A stretch of 50,892 nt of DNA from Candidatus Krumholzibacteriia bacterium (GTDB lineage Bacteria; Krumholzibacteriota; Krumholzibacteriia; JAJRXK01), in assembly GCA_041484665.1 (NCBI GenBank), contig JBGPIA010000025.1, positions 1 through 50,892 of the forward strand. Reading direction: 5' to 3'. The position numbers and the translations under genes are program-made. This document shows, piece by piece, positions 20,240 to 29,788 of this stretch (the stretch's first letter is position 1; each line of letters starts with the position of its first letter). Under the pieces are notes generated by a model, which saw nothing but the letters and a program-made list of their open reading frames with translations, was not told the origin of the DNA and did not search any database.

Positions 20240-21202
20240 ATGAAGGTGGCTCTGCTGGCCGTCGCCATGGCGGGTGGGCTGATGCAGGCAGGCGCGCAAT
20301 CGCCTTCACCAAGATCCGCGCCGGCCTCGCGGGGGATCCCTGCTCCCTTCGCTCTGGTCGAGCTCTTCACCTCCGAGGGTTGCTCCAGCTGCCCGTTGGC
20401 CGACGCGCTGCTGTCGGAGCTCGGCGCGCAGGCACGGGCCGCCGGACGGCGCGTCTTCACCCTGGCGTTCCACGTGGACTATTGGGATGACCTCGGCTGG
20501 AAGGACCCGTTCGATGACCCTGCCTGGTCGCAGCGCCAGCGCGATTACTCTGATGCATTCGGCAGCGACCGCATCTATACACCGCAGATGATCGTCAACG
20601 GCGCGCAGGAATTCGTGGGCTCGCGCGGCGACGAGGCCCGGCGCCGCATCGACGAGGCGCTCGCGCAGCCCGCGTCGGTCGCCGTTGCGCTGCGGGTGCA
20701 CGCCACAGCGCCGGCACTACCGCCGACCGGATCGCCGGCCGCGCCGTTGAGGATCGACTACGACATGAGTGGCGCGCCCGCCCGCGTGATCCTCCACGTC
20801 GCCCTGGTGGAGGATGGATTGGTGAGCGAGGTGCGTCGTGAAGAGAATCGCGGGCGCACGCTGCGGCACGATGCTGTGGTGCGCGCACTCGAAACGGTCG
20901 TGATCGGCGCATCGAGGGCCGGATCCGGGTCGGACGCCGCGAATGCGACGATGAGTGCCACGACACATGCCACCGCGCCCGCGCGCGGAAGCGCACGCGA
21001 CAGCGTACGCGACGGCGCACAAGACGGCGGACAAGACGGCGGACAAGACGGCGCACGAGAGAGTCTGCACCAGACAGGGCGCGTCGAGCTCGCGGTGCCT
21101 GCCGGAGTCGAGCGCAGCCGTGCCCGCGTGATCGGCTTCATCCAGGACGCATCGAGCGGGCGCGTGCTGGGAGCGACAGCGACGGCGCTCGGCCCTGCCT
21201 GA
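20240..21202 (+). CDS. DUF1223 thioredoxin-like secreted protein
   Basis: VELFTSEGCSSCP, AFHVDYWD, YTPQMIVNG, ENRGRTLRHD. Confidence 0.9.
   Translation: MKVALLAVAMAGGLMQAGAQSPSPRSAPASRGIPAPFALVELFTSEGCSSCPLADALLSELGAQARAAGRRVFTLAFHVDYWDDLGWKDPFDDPAWSQRQRDYSDAFGSDRIYTPQMIVNGAQEFVGSRGDEARRRIDEALAQPASVAVALRVHATAPALPPTGSPAAPLRIDYDMSGAPARVILHVALVEDGLVSEVRREENRGRTLRHDAVVRALETVVIGASRAGSGSDAANATMSATTHATAPARGSARDSVRDGAQDGGQDGGQDGARESLHQTGRVELAVPAGVERSRARVIGFIQDASSGRVLGATATALGPA
21011..21058. repeat. In-frame 12-bp tandem repeat inside the DUF1223 gene
   Basis: GACGGCGCACAA GACGGCGGACAA GACGGCGGACAA GACGGCGCACGA (DGAQ DGGQ DGGQ DGAR). Confidence 0.85.
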
Positions 21203-21526
21203 CCCCCCCAGCCTCAGACTGACTTCTGCCGGCGTGCGGCGCGGATCCGGGTCGCGCCCGTGGTGGGCCCGCGCGCATTTATCCGGCAGCCGCGACCCCA
21301 CCTGCCCTCCCGCGCGCATTTCTCGTTGCGCCCCAAGGACTTCCTGACGGGGAGATTCCTCCCTTGCCCGGGCCCGGAATGCGCTATACTCCGCTCGCCA
21401 AGGTCTTCCGGCTCTCGTCCTACCCTCCCTGGACTTGGCCCGCGAGGCTCCCCCGGGCCCGATCGGTGTACGCGCCTTCCGAAGGCCCCTCGCGCCTTCG
21501 CCTTGTGACACAAAGGAGTCAACGCC

Positions 21527-22141
21527 GTGTGTGCCACGTTCCTCCGCAGAATCGGCTGTCCCCTCGTTCTCGCCTTCGTCGTCCTGATCGTACCGTTCCT
21601 CGCGTTCTCGCAGCCCCAAGGGACCATCCTCCATCTGGAGTTGCAGGTGTCGACCGGGGTGAGCAAGACGGCGTTTCCCAACGATGGCTCCGTGTGGGCG
21701 GAGCTCTATCCCAATGAGGCGACCGATTTCGCCCAGACTGCCTACCAGGATGACGGGGACGGTCAGATCTCCGTCGGTGACAACATTCAGCTCGATGGCA
21801 ACGGCTACCGCATCACGTGGGTGGGTGTAACCCACCACCTCAACTGCGCCCAGCACCCGCACCGCGCCTACGAGCCCACCGTTCTCCCCAGCGCCCCCAA
21901 TCCGACAGGCGAGATCTGGACGCAGGTCTACCCCGCCACCGAGTTCGGGACGCAGCACCAGGTCGACGACTGGATCGACAACGGCGACGCGCAGCTGAGC
22001 GCCGGTGACGAGCTGTTGATCGGCGGCCAGGACTGCACCCTGACCGGCAGCTTGCTGACGGTCCAGGTGGAGCCAGGCGCCGTGCCCAATCACGACGGCT
22101 CGTGGGGGACGCTCAAGGCCGCCTTCGGCCGTATCTTCTAA
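21527..22141 (+). CDS. Secreted hypothetical protein with two DxDG/DNGD-like repeats and C-terminal VP..SWGTLKAAF tag
   Basis: AAAGGAG RBS; signal peptide; internal duplication (WAELYP..DDGDGQISVGD / WTQVYP..DNGDAQLSAGD). Confidence 0.8.
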   Translation: MCATFLRRIGCPLVLAFVVLIVPFLAFSQPQGTILHLELQVSTGVSKTAFPNDGSVWAELYPNEATDFAQTAYQDDGDGQISVGDNIQLDGNGYRITWVGVTHHLNCAQHPHRAYEPTVLPSAPNPTGEIWTQVYPATEFGTQHQVDDWIDNGDAQLSAGDELLIGGQDCTLTGSLLTVQVEPGAVPNHDGSWGTLKAAFGRIF

Positions 22142-22163
22142 TCGCTTTTCCGCCGCGCCTGCA

Positions 22164-22201
22164 GACGAAGGCCCGGTCCGCGCTGGACCGGGCTTTCGTT
22201 T
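22164..22201. terminator. Intrinsic terminator hairpin between convergent genes
   Basis: acgaaggcccggtcc-gcgct-ggaccgggctttcgt followed by T's. Confidence 0.8.
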
Positions 22202-22287
22202 GTGGGGCCAGGCCACCCGGCGGGCGCCGCTGCCGGCCGCGGGTGGGGCGCTGCGGGCCAGCGCGACGCGCATGTCTGGCGTCCGCC

Positions 22288-22367
22288 CAGCGCGACAGAT
22301 CCTTGGCGCGAGAGATCCTCAGCGCAACGGATCCTGATCGCAACAGTTCCTCAGCGCGACAGATCCT
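22288..22367. repeat. 16-bp tandem repeat x5 overlapping the MBL gene stop
   Basis: cagcgcgacagatcct / tggcgcgagagatcct / cagcgcaacggatcct / gatcgcaacagttcct / cagcgcgacagatcct. Confidence 0.9.
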
Positions 22368-23280
22368 TGTAGACGATCTCCACAAATCGATCGGCCTTCA
22401 GGATGCCGTTGCCCCACTTCTCGTCGAAGGGGGCCGTCAGCTTGGTCGCCTGGGTCTCCTCCAGCGTCTTCTTGGCGGCGATCTGCGCCTTCACGGCGTC
22501 GCGCACGCCCGCCAGCATGCCGCGGAAGTCCTTGAGGTCGGCGGGAGTCGCCAATGGTCCGTGGCCGGGGATCAGCTTGGTGCCGTCGTTGCAGATGGCG
22601 AGCACGCGGTCGGCCGCGCCGATCATTCCTTCGATGGAGCCGCCGGCCGAGATGTCGATGATGGGATAGAGGCCGTTGAACATGCAGTCGCCCATGTGGA
22701 TGACGTTGGCTTTCTGGAACCACACGATCGCGTCGCCGTCGGTGTGGGCCGGTGGGACGTGGAACGCTTCGATGGTCTCGCCGTTGAGGTGGAACATCAC
22801 GTGGTCGTTGAAGGTGACGATGGGGAGGGCCTTCTCCGGAGCGGCCGGGATCTCCCGGTTGAAGAGCGAGTTGAACTGCTTCTCGCTCATGCGCTGGCGC
22901 ACGTTGTCCTGGGCGACGATGATCACGCCGACTTCTCCAAAGTTCTCGTTGCCGCCGGTGTGGTCGCCGTGGCAGTGGGTATTGAGCACGAAGCGGATCG
23001 GCTTGTCGCTGATCCCCGTAACCGCCGTCTTGATCTTCTCGGTCAGCGGCGCGAACTGATCGTCGATGAGGAAGACGCCGTCGGGGCCGGCGCAGACGCC
23101 GATGTTGCCACCGGCGCCCACCAGCATGTGGATACCCTCGGCCACCTTTTCGACCCTGATCTCGACCTTGCTGAGGTCCTGCTGCTGGGCGCGAGCCGGG
23201 CGCTGTGCGGTCCACGGCCCGCACACCGCGGCGGCGAGCAGGGCGGCGCAGGCCAGCCGCCGGCGCGTCATTGCCATCAT
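22351..23280 (-). CDS. Secreted MBL-fold metallo-hydrolase (cyclase-like)
   Basis: NTHCHGDHTGGN, AHTDGD, HMGD, IPGHG. Confidence 0.92.
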   Translation of the reverse strand: MMAMTRRRLACAALLAAAVCGPWTAQRPARAQQQDLSKVEIRVEKVAEGIHMLVGAGGNIGVCAGPDGVFLIDDQFAPLTEKIKTAVTGISDKPIRFVLNTHCHGDHTGGNENFGEVGVIIVAQDNVRQRMSEKQFNSLFNREIPAAPEKALPIVTFNDHVMFHLNGETIEAFHVPPAHTDGDAIVWFQKANVIHMGDCMFNGLYPIIDISAGGSIEGMIGAADRVLAICNDGTKLIPGHGPLATPADLKDFRGMLAGVRDAVKAQIAAKKTLEETQATKLTAPFDEKWGNGILKADRFVEIVYKDLSR

Positions 23281-23527
23281 GGAGCTCTCCGGGGGTTTCA
23301 CCAGGGGGCGGTACGCAGCAGTCAAGCACAGCAGCCGGCGGCGTTCAAGCCGCTGTTGCGCCGCGGCGGATCGTCTCTAATATCGAAGCTCCTGACTGCC
23401 GGCAGGTTCGGTCTGCGCGGGGCGTGACGCGAGCCCCGCACGAGCCGGCATCCGGGCAAACTCCGGCTCCGCACGGCGCCGGGGTCGCCCCGCGACTGCG
23501 ACCCCTGCTCCGTTCGAGGGAGACGCG

Positions 23528-25777
23528 ATGAGCACCAGCCGGGTCGAGATCGTCGAGCAGAATCTCGACCTATACCTGAGCGGCGCCGCGCGGCTGCCTC
23601 CCCGTCCACCCCTGCCGGCCGGCGCTCCCCTGACGGCGGGCGGGGTGCTGCCCGCTGGACTCGCCGTTCAGCTGTTCGCCGACCAGGCGCTCAGCCGTGC
23701 GCTCGACGTGGCCGCCCGCGAGCTCAAGAAGACCAACCGCTCGTACTACACCATCTCCAGCGCCGGCCACGAGAACAACGTCGTGCTGGGCGAGCTGCTG
23801 CGCGGCAGCGACCCTTGCTTCCTGCACTACCGCTCCGGCGCGCTCATGATGGCGCGCGCGCGCAAGCTCCCGGGCGAGGATCCCATCATGGACACGCTGC
23901 TCGGCGTGTGCGCCAGCAAGGACGATCCCATCGCCCAGGGGCGCCACAAGGTGTGGGGCAGCCGGCGTCTGTGGGTCCCGCCGCAGACCTCTACCATCGC
24001 CTCGCACCTGCCCAAGGCCACCGGCTTCGCGTTCGCGCTCTCCCGGGCGAAGATGCTGGGCATCGCAGGAGAGCTCCCCGCCGATGCCATCGTCTGCTGC
24101 AGCTTTGGCGACGCCTCCACCAACCACGCCACCGCGCTCACCGGGATCAACGCCGCGCGCTACGCTCGCCGGCGCGGCACGGCGATGCCGATCCTGTTCG
24201 TCTGCGAGGACAACGACATCGGCATCTCGGTGGAAACGCCGCCGCGTTGGATCCGCGACACCTACGGCGAGCAGAAGTACTTGCGCTACTTCGAGGCGGA
24301 AGGCGAGCTCGACCAGATCTACGCGATCGCCCATGCGGCGGTCGACGCCTGCCGCTCGTCGCGCGGCCCCGTCTTCCTGCACCTGCACTGCGTACGGCTG
24401 TGGGGGCACGCCGGCAGCGACGTCGAGACGACCTACCGCACGGTCCAGGAGATCGAGAGCATCGAGGCGCGCGATCCCTTGCTGTGCAACGCGCGCCGGC
24501 TGGTCGAGACCGGCGCCGCCACGGCCGCCGAGCTGGCCGAGATCGTGGCGACCACGCGCGAGCGCGTGCGGGCGGCGGCCGAGCAGGCGGCGCGCCGCCC
24601 CAAGCTCTCGACGCTGGCGGAGATCGTGGCGCCGCTGGCCCCCTACGATGCAGAGCGCTGCCGCATGGTAGCAACCGCCCCGGCCGACGCTCGGCTGCGC
24701 GAGGCGCTCTTTTTTGGCCAGCTGCCGGAGCACGCCAAGGCGCCGACCAAGAGGACGCTCGCGGCGCAGATCAACGCCGCGCTCGCCGACCTGATGCTCC
24801 AGCACAAGGAGATCATCGTCTTCGGCGAAGACGTGGGGCGCAAGGGCGGCGTCTATTACGTGACCGCCGGGCTGCAGGCGAAGTTTGGCCTGGCCCGCGT
24901 GTTCGACACGCTGCTGGACGAGACGTCGATCCTGGGCGTCGCCCAGGGCGCGGCGCAGGCCGGGCTCTTGCCGATCCCCGAGATCCAGTACCTCGCCTAC
25001 ATCCACAACGCCCTCGACCAGGTGCGCGGCGAAGCTTGCTCGCTCTCCTTCTTCTCCAACGGCCAGTTCACCAACCCGATGGTGATCCGCGTCCAGGGCT
25101 TCGCCTACCAGAAGGGATTCGGCGGGCACTTCCACAACGACAACTCCGTGGGCGCGCTGCGCGATATCCCCGGGCTGGTGGTGGCCGCGCCCGCCCGCGG
25201 CGACGACGCCGCCCGGATGCTGCGCGGCCTGCTGGCCATGGCGCGGGAGAACGGCCGCGTCTGCTGCTTCCTCGAGCCGATCGCGCTGTACCACGAGAAG
25301 GACCTCTACGCAGACGGCGACAACGGCTGGCTGTTCGACTATCCCCCGCCCGGGTCGGGGCCTGCTGCCGCGTTTCTTCCCGGCGACGTCGGGCTGTATG
25401 GCGCGCAGGCGTCCGACCTGCTGATCGTGAGCTACGCCAACGGGCTGCGCCTGAGCTTGCGCGCGGCACGCCAACTGGAGCAGCAGTACGGCCTGCGCGC
25501 CCGCGTGCTGGACCTGCGCTGGCTCAACCCTCTGCCGTTTCCGCAGGTGGAGCTGCACGCGCGCGCTTGCGGGCGCGTGCTGGTGGCCGACGAATGCCGC
25601 GCCACGGGCGGCGGCGTGGCCGACGCGCTGATCGCACGCCTGGCCGAGGGGGGATTTGCCGGCCGCCTGCGCTCGGTGCGCGCGGCGGACACCTACGTGC
25701 CGCTGGGACCGGCGGCCGACGTAGTGCTCATGTCAGAGGAGCAGATCGTGGCGGCGGCGCGGGCGCTCTGCGGCTGA
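23528..25777 (+). CDS. Fused alpha/beta E1 component, 2-oxoacid (branched-chain-like) dehydrogenase, TPP-dependent
   Basis: GDASTNH..EDNDIGIS TPP motif, GHAGSD, FGEDVGRKGGVY, DTLLDE, GGHFHN. Confidence 0.92.
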   Translation: MSTSRVEIVEQNLDLYLSGAARLPPRPPLPAGAPLTAGGVLPAGLAVQLFADQALSRALDVAARELKKTNRSYYTISSAGHENNVVLGELLRGSDPCFLHYRSGALMMARARKLPGEDPIMDTLLGVCASKDDPIAQGRHKVWGSRRLWVPPQTSTIASHLPKATGFAFALSRAKMLGIAGELPADAIVCCSFGDASTNHATALTGINAARYARRRGTAMPILFVCEDNDIGISVETPPRWIRDTYGEQKYLRYFEAEGELDQIYAIAHAAVDACRSSRGPVFLHLHCVRLWGHAGSDVETTYRTVQEIESIEARDPLLCNARRLVETGAATAAELAEIVATTRERVRAAAEQAARRPKLSTLAEIVAPLAPYDAERCRMVATAPADARLREALFFGQLPEHAKAPTKRTLAAQINAALADLMLQHKEIIVFGEDVGRKGGVYYVTAGLQAKFGLARVFDTLLDETSILGVAQGAAQAGLLPIPEIQYLAYIHNALDQVRGEACSLSFFSNGQFTNPMVIRVQGFAYQKGFGGHFHNDNSVGALRDIPGLVVAAPARGDDAARMLRGLLAMARENGRVCCFLEPIALYHEKDLYADGDNGWLFDYPPPGSGPAAAFLPGDVGLYGAQASDLLIVSYANGLRLSLRAARQLEQQYGLRARVLDLRWLNPLPFPQVELHARACGRVLVADECRATGGGVADALIARLAEGGFAGRLRSVRAADTYVPLGPAADVVLMSEEQIVAAARALCG

Positions 25778-25786
25778 CGGGCCGCC

Positions 25787-25828
25787 CGCGGCGCGACGCG
25801 GCGCGACGCGGCGCCACGCGGCGCCACC
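25787..25828. repeat. 10-bp tandem repeat x4
   Basis: gcggcgcgac gcggcgcgac gcggcgccac gcggcgccac. Confidence 0.75.
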
Positions 25829-25993
25829 CCGGCGGCCTGCCTCGCCGGTGGGCGCTCTCCCAGGCCCTCCCGCTGCGAACCCGCTGGCGGAACGCCAGTT
25901 CCGGCGCGCCCGGCGTACCCCCTCCGCGGCACCGATCTTGCACATCTGGATCGACTTGCACTCGATCGCCCCCGGTGCGGAGCGCTGGCAACC

Positions 25994-27082
25994 ATGGCCA
26001 GAATCGACGCCTTTCTACAGGTCATGCAGCAGTACGGGGCCTCGGATCTCCATCTGAGCGACGGGGCGGAGCCTATGCTGCGCATCAACGGCGTGCTCGA
26101 GCGCGCCAAGCACCGCCCACTGACGCCCGAAGAGGTCAAGCTGCTCCTGTACGAGCTGCTCACCGATGCGCAGATCCAGCTGTTCGAGAGCAATGGCGAG
26201 ATCGACCTCGCGTACAGCATCGAAGGCGTGGCTCGCTTCCGTCTCAACATCTTCCGCAAGCATCCCCACCTGGCAGCGTCGTTCCGTATGATTCCCCACC
26301 ACATCCCCACGCTGGACGAGCTGGGCTTCCCGGAAGTCCTCAAGCAGATGGTCGCGCACCGCAGCGGTCTGATCCTGGTGACCGGGCCGGCGAACTCGGG
26401 AAAGTCGACCACGCTGGCCGCGATGGTCGATCACCTCAACGAGCACGCGAACTACCACATCATCACGCTGGAAGACCCGCTGGAGTTCATCCACACCAAC
26501 AAGAACTGCCTGATCAACCAGCGACAGATGGGAGAGCATAGCCGCTCCTTCGCGCAGGCCTTGCGGGCGGCCTTACGGGAGGATCCCAACGTCGTGCTGG
26601 TGGGCGAGATGCGCGATCTGGAGACCATCGCCCTGGCCATGACCGCGGCCGAGCTGGGCCTGCTCGTGCTGGGCACGCTGCACACCAAATCGGCATCGCA
26701 GACCATCAGCCGCATCGTCGATGCCTTCCCCTTTGACCAGCAGCTGCAGGTGCGGGCCTCGCTGGCCGAGGTGCTGTTGGGAATCTGCTCCCAGCAGCTG
26801 CTACGGCGCAGCGACGGCACGGGACGGACGGCCGCCCTGGAGATCCTCCTGAGCAATCACGCCATCGCGCATCTGATCCGCGAGGGCAAGGGCCATCAGG
26901 TCAACAACGCGATCATGACCAGCCGCCGCGACGGCATGCAGCTGCTGGACCAGCATCTCAACGAGCTCGTCGAGCAGAAGATCATCGCCGTCGAGGAAGC
27001 GATTCGCTACGCCGCCGATCCCAACGGGCTGCTCGCCAAGCATCAGATCCCGGCGCCGCGGCCGGTCAAGGCGCCCCGTTGA
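25994..27082 (+). CDS. pilT: Type IV pilus retraction ATPase, PilT family
   Basis: GASDLHL, Walker A GPANSGKSTT, TLEDPLE, ALREDPNVVLVGEMRD, TLHT, AIAHLIRE (AIRNLIRE variant). Confidence 0.92.
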   Translation: MARIDAFLQVMQQYGASDLHLSDGAEPMLRINGVLERAKHRPLTPEEVKLLLYELLTDAQIQLFESNGEIDLAYSIEGVARFRLNIFRKHPHLAASFRMIPHHIPTLDELGFPEVLKQMVAHRSGLILVTGPANSGKSTTLAAMVDHLNEHANYHIITLEDPLEFIHTNKNCLINQRQMGEHSRSFAQALRAALREDPNVVLVGEMRDLETIALAMTAAELGLLVLGTLHTKSASQTISRIVDAFPFDQQLQVRASLAEVLLGICSQQLLRRSDGTGRTAALEILLSNHAIAHLIREGKGHQVNNAIMTSRRDGMQLLDQHLNELVEQKIIAVEEAIRYAADPNGLLAKHQIPAPRPVKAPR

Positions 27083-27086
27083 CGGC

Positions 27087-29210
27087 ATGACCATGAAGCG
27101 CGAGCGGCTGGATGACGTCCTCCTTCGCCTGGGCTACGTCGACGATGCGCAGATCCGCCAGGCCTTGCTGCGCCAGAAGGCGCGCGGGGGGCGGCTGGGC
27201 ACCAATCTGCTCTTCCTCAAGCACGTGACCGAGGAGCAGCTGGCCCACGCCCTCTCCGAGCAGTACCACGTCCCCGCCTACGACGAGACCCAGCATCCCC
27301 CCGACCCCGAGGTGGTCCGCTCGCTCCCCGCCGAGCTGGCCGAGCAGTTCATGGCGGTTCCGATCGCCCGCGACCGGGGATCAGGAAGCCTGATTCTCGC
27401 CACGGTGGATCCCGACGACACGCGAGCGTTCTTCGAACTGGAGCAGCGGCTCGGCGCCTCCCAGATCAATGTCCGTGTGGCGCCCGAGTCCGTCATCCAC
27501 CGCCTGCTCCATGCGCATCATCGCGGGCATGCCGGCAGCAAGGTCGAGCAGATCGTCGAGCTCCCGGACCTCTTCGAGGGGCAGGCCGCCGCGGAGGATG
27601 ACGAGCTCCTGCTGCGCGACGGCGCGGCCGACGCGGAACACCTGCGTCGCAACGTGCTCATGGTGAGCGGCGCGCCCTTCCTGCGGAATTTCCTCGGCCC
27701 GATCTTCGAGCGCGAGGGCTACGTCCTGCAGGTCCACGGGCAGCCCGAGGAGATCGCGGGTGCGCTGCGCGGCGGCCACATCGATCAGGTGCTCGTGGCG
27801 CAGGACGCCCTCGAAGGCTTCTCGCGCTGGATCCGCAACGGGGCGATCCCCGCACCGCGCGGGGAGGTGTCGGTCTTCTCGACGGTGAGCGGCGCGCTGC
27901 TCCACAATCCGGTGCCGTACTCCCGGGTGATGGGCAGCCTGCTGGAGTCGCTCAAGCTGATCGCCCGCTACCGCTGCGCGGGCGCGGGATGGATGCCGCC
28001 TTACGAGCTCATCTGCAAGGACCTCCGCAAGCTGGGCCTCGACCTCGGATTCCGGCGGCTGGCGCTGGACGGCCTGCAGGTGGCTGCCCATCTGCTGGTC
28101 CTGGAGAAGCGCGACGAGGCGCCCGCAGGCCGCGGCGGCAAAGGAGTGCGTCCGCTGGTGCTGGTCGACTTCGACCAGACGCTCGAGCTGGGGCGGAGCC
28201 TGCGCTTCCCCTGGGATCTGGAGGGCGTGCTCACGTCGTTTCTGCACCTCATCTCCGAGCTCATCGATGTGGAGAAGGACGAGGGACAGAGCCGCGAGCA
28301 CTTTCTGGCGGCCCAGGCGCTCGCCATCGTCTGGTACCGGCACTCCGGCTTCGCATTCGGTGGCCAGTCGGCCGAGGAGCTGCTGGCCGCTCTGAAGTCG
28401 GGGCTGCGCGCGCAGGCAGGGCGGCTGGCGTCCTCCGCGGTGGTCGAGGCCTACGTCCGCGTGCTGGACGACAGCAAGCATGAGGTTGGCGCCGGCGCGG
28501 GCAAGCAGATCTTCATCCTGGGCCCCCTGGACGAGCAGGCCCGCCAATTCAGGGTCCATCTCGAACGCGCGGGCTTCAAGACGGTCCACAGCACGGATCT
28601 GAGCGAAGCCTTGCGGCTCGCCCGGCGGCAACCGCCGGCGGCCATGCTCCTGGACCACGACCACTTCGGCGGGCGGGCCCTGGCCTTCCGCAAGGCGTTC
28701 GCCGCCTCCGCTCCCGTGCTGTTCTTCGCCCACAGCTCCCAGGCCAAGCCGTCCCTCATCATCGACCTGCTCGAGGCAGGGTTTCTGGACGTGTTCGTGC
28801 CCCCGCACAACTACGACGTCCTCGTCACCCGCATCGCCAAGTCGCTGGACTCGCTCGCCCGCCAGGGGGCCGTTCCCAGCGAAGCGGGCAGCTTCTCCGC
28901 CTCGTTCCAGGCCTTCGCCTTCATCGAACTCATCCAGGCGCTCGGCCAGAGCCTGAAGACCGTGCGCATCGTCGTCACCAGCGACCGCGGCGAGACCGCC
29001 GATGTCTACCTCAAGGACGGGCAGCTGCACTCCGCGGTCTGCGGCTCCCTCGCCGGCGAGCGAGCGATCTACGAGGTCGTGCGCTGGGGAGACGCTGGCT
29101 GGTTCCAGGCCGAGCCCGTCCGCGAGTGCCCGCCGCCCAACATCGCCGCGACCAACGAGTCCGTGCTCCTGGAGGGGTGCCGGCTGCTCGACGAGCGCCT
29201 TCCGGCCTGA
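27087..29210 (+). CDS. MshEN + receiver-like + degenerate HD-GYP-like + receiver-like + DUF4388 protein
   Basis: RLDDVLLRLGYV..ALLRQ..RLGTNLL..LSEQ at the N-terminus; FIELIQAL..VYLKDGQLHSA..GERAIYEVVRW..LLEGCRLLDE at the C-terminus. Confidence 0.8.
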   Translation: MTMKRERLDDVLLRLGYVDDAQIRQALLRQKARGGRLGTNLLFLKHVTEEQLAHALSEQYHVPAYDETQHPPDPEVVRSLPAELAEQFMAVPIARDRGSGSLILATVDPDDTRAFFELEQRLGASQINVRVAPESVIHRLLHAHHRGHAGSKVEQIVELPDLFEGQAAAEDDELLLRDGAADAEHLRRNVLMVSGAPFLRNFLGPIFEREGYVLQVHGQPEEIAGALRGGHIDQVLVAQDALEGFSRWIRNGAIPAPRGEVSVFSTVSGALLHNPVPYSRVMGSLLESLKLIARYRCAGAGWMPPYELICKDLRKLGLDLGFRRLALDGLQVAAHLLVLEKRDEAPAGRGGKGVRPLVLVDFDQTLELGRSLRFPWDLEGVLTSFLHLISELIDVEKDEGQSREHFLAAQALAIVWYRHSGFAFGGQSAEELLAALKSGLRAQAGRLASSAVVEAYVRVLDDSKHEVGAGAGKQIFILGPLDEQARQFRVHLERAGFKTVHSTDLSEALRLARRQPPAAMLLDHDHFGGRALAFRKAFAASAPVLFFAHSSQAKPSLIIDLLEAGFLDVFVPPHNYDVLVTRIAKSLDSLARQGAVPSEAGSFSASFQAFAFIELIQALGQSLKTVRIVVTSDRGETADVYLKDGQLHSAVCGSLAGERAIYEVVRWGDAGWFQAEPVRECPPPNIAATNESVLLEGCRLLDERLPA

Positions 29211-29277
29211 CGCGGCGGTCCCCCGATGTCAAGAAACCGTGAAGGCCCGCCTACGGGAGCGCCGGCCCGTGGCCGAA

Positions 29278-29296
29278 TGAATCCACTCTGATTACA
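29278..29296. promoter_or_regulatory. Possible Rrf2 (SifR-like) operator
   Basis: TGAAT-N9-TTACA ending 10 bp upstream of the Rrf2 start; imperfect match to the recalled TGTAA-N9-TTACA. Confidence 0.4.
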
Positions 29297-29305
29297 GTTT
29301 CGGGC

Positions 29306-29788
29306 GTGAGCTCGAACAGTCGTTATACCGTCGCCATCCACGCGCTTCTGATGTTGAACGATCCGCAGGGGGAGTGGGTTTCCTCCCGATGGATCGCGCG
29401 CAGCGTCAACAGCCACCCGGTGATGATCCGGCGCGTGCTGGCCCGTCTGGAGGATGCCGGGATCGTCCGGGCGCGCAAGGGTGCACGCGGCGGATACCGT
29501 CTGCGGCGCTCTGGAGGTCGCGTGACGCTGTGGCAGGTCTACGCGGCCATGCGCGATGACGGTCCCTTTGGGATGCACAGCAGCCCGCCCAATCCGCGCT
29601 GTCCGGTGGGACGCAGCATCCAGCAGCAACTGCGCCAGGTGTACGCGCGAACGGAAGTCTCCATGCGCGGCGTGCTGGGCAGGGCCACCTTGAGATCGCT
29701 GCGCAGGCAGCTGGCCGGCCCTGAGCCCGCCGTCCACGCATCCGCGCCAACGACACAACCACGTAGGTTTCACACAGGAGGTCCGTGA
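29306..29788 (+). CDS. Rrf2-family transcriptional regulator (YwnA/SifR-like)
   Basis: SRYTVAIHAL, IARSVNSHPVMIRR, GARGGYRL, HSSPPNPRCPVG. Confidence 0.9.
   Translation: MSSNSRYTVAIHALLMLNDPQGEWVSSRWIARSVNSHPVMIRRVLARLEDAGIVRARKGARGGYRLRRSGGRVTLWQVYAAMRDDGPFGMHSSPPNPRCPVGRSIQQQLRQVYARTEVSMRGVLGRATLRSLRRQLAGPEPAVHASAPTTQPRRFHTGGP

Noticed and set aside
21364..21390. Sigma70 promoter TTGCCC..TATACT
   Set aside because: Good -10 box but a 15-bp spacer; too weak to list as a feature.
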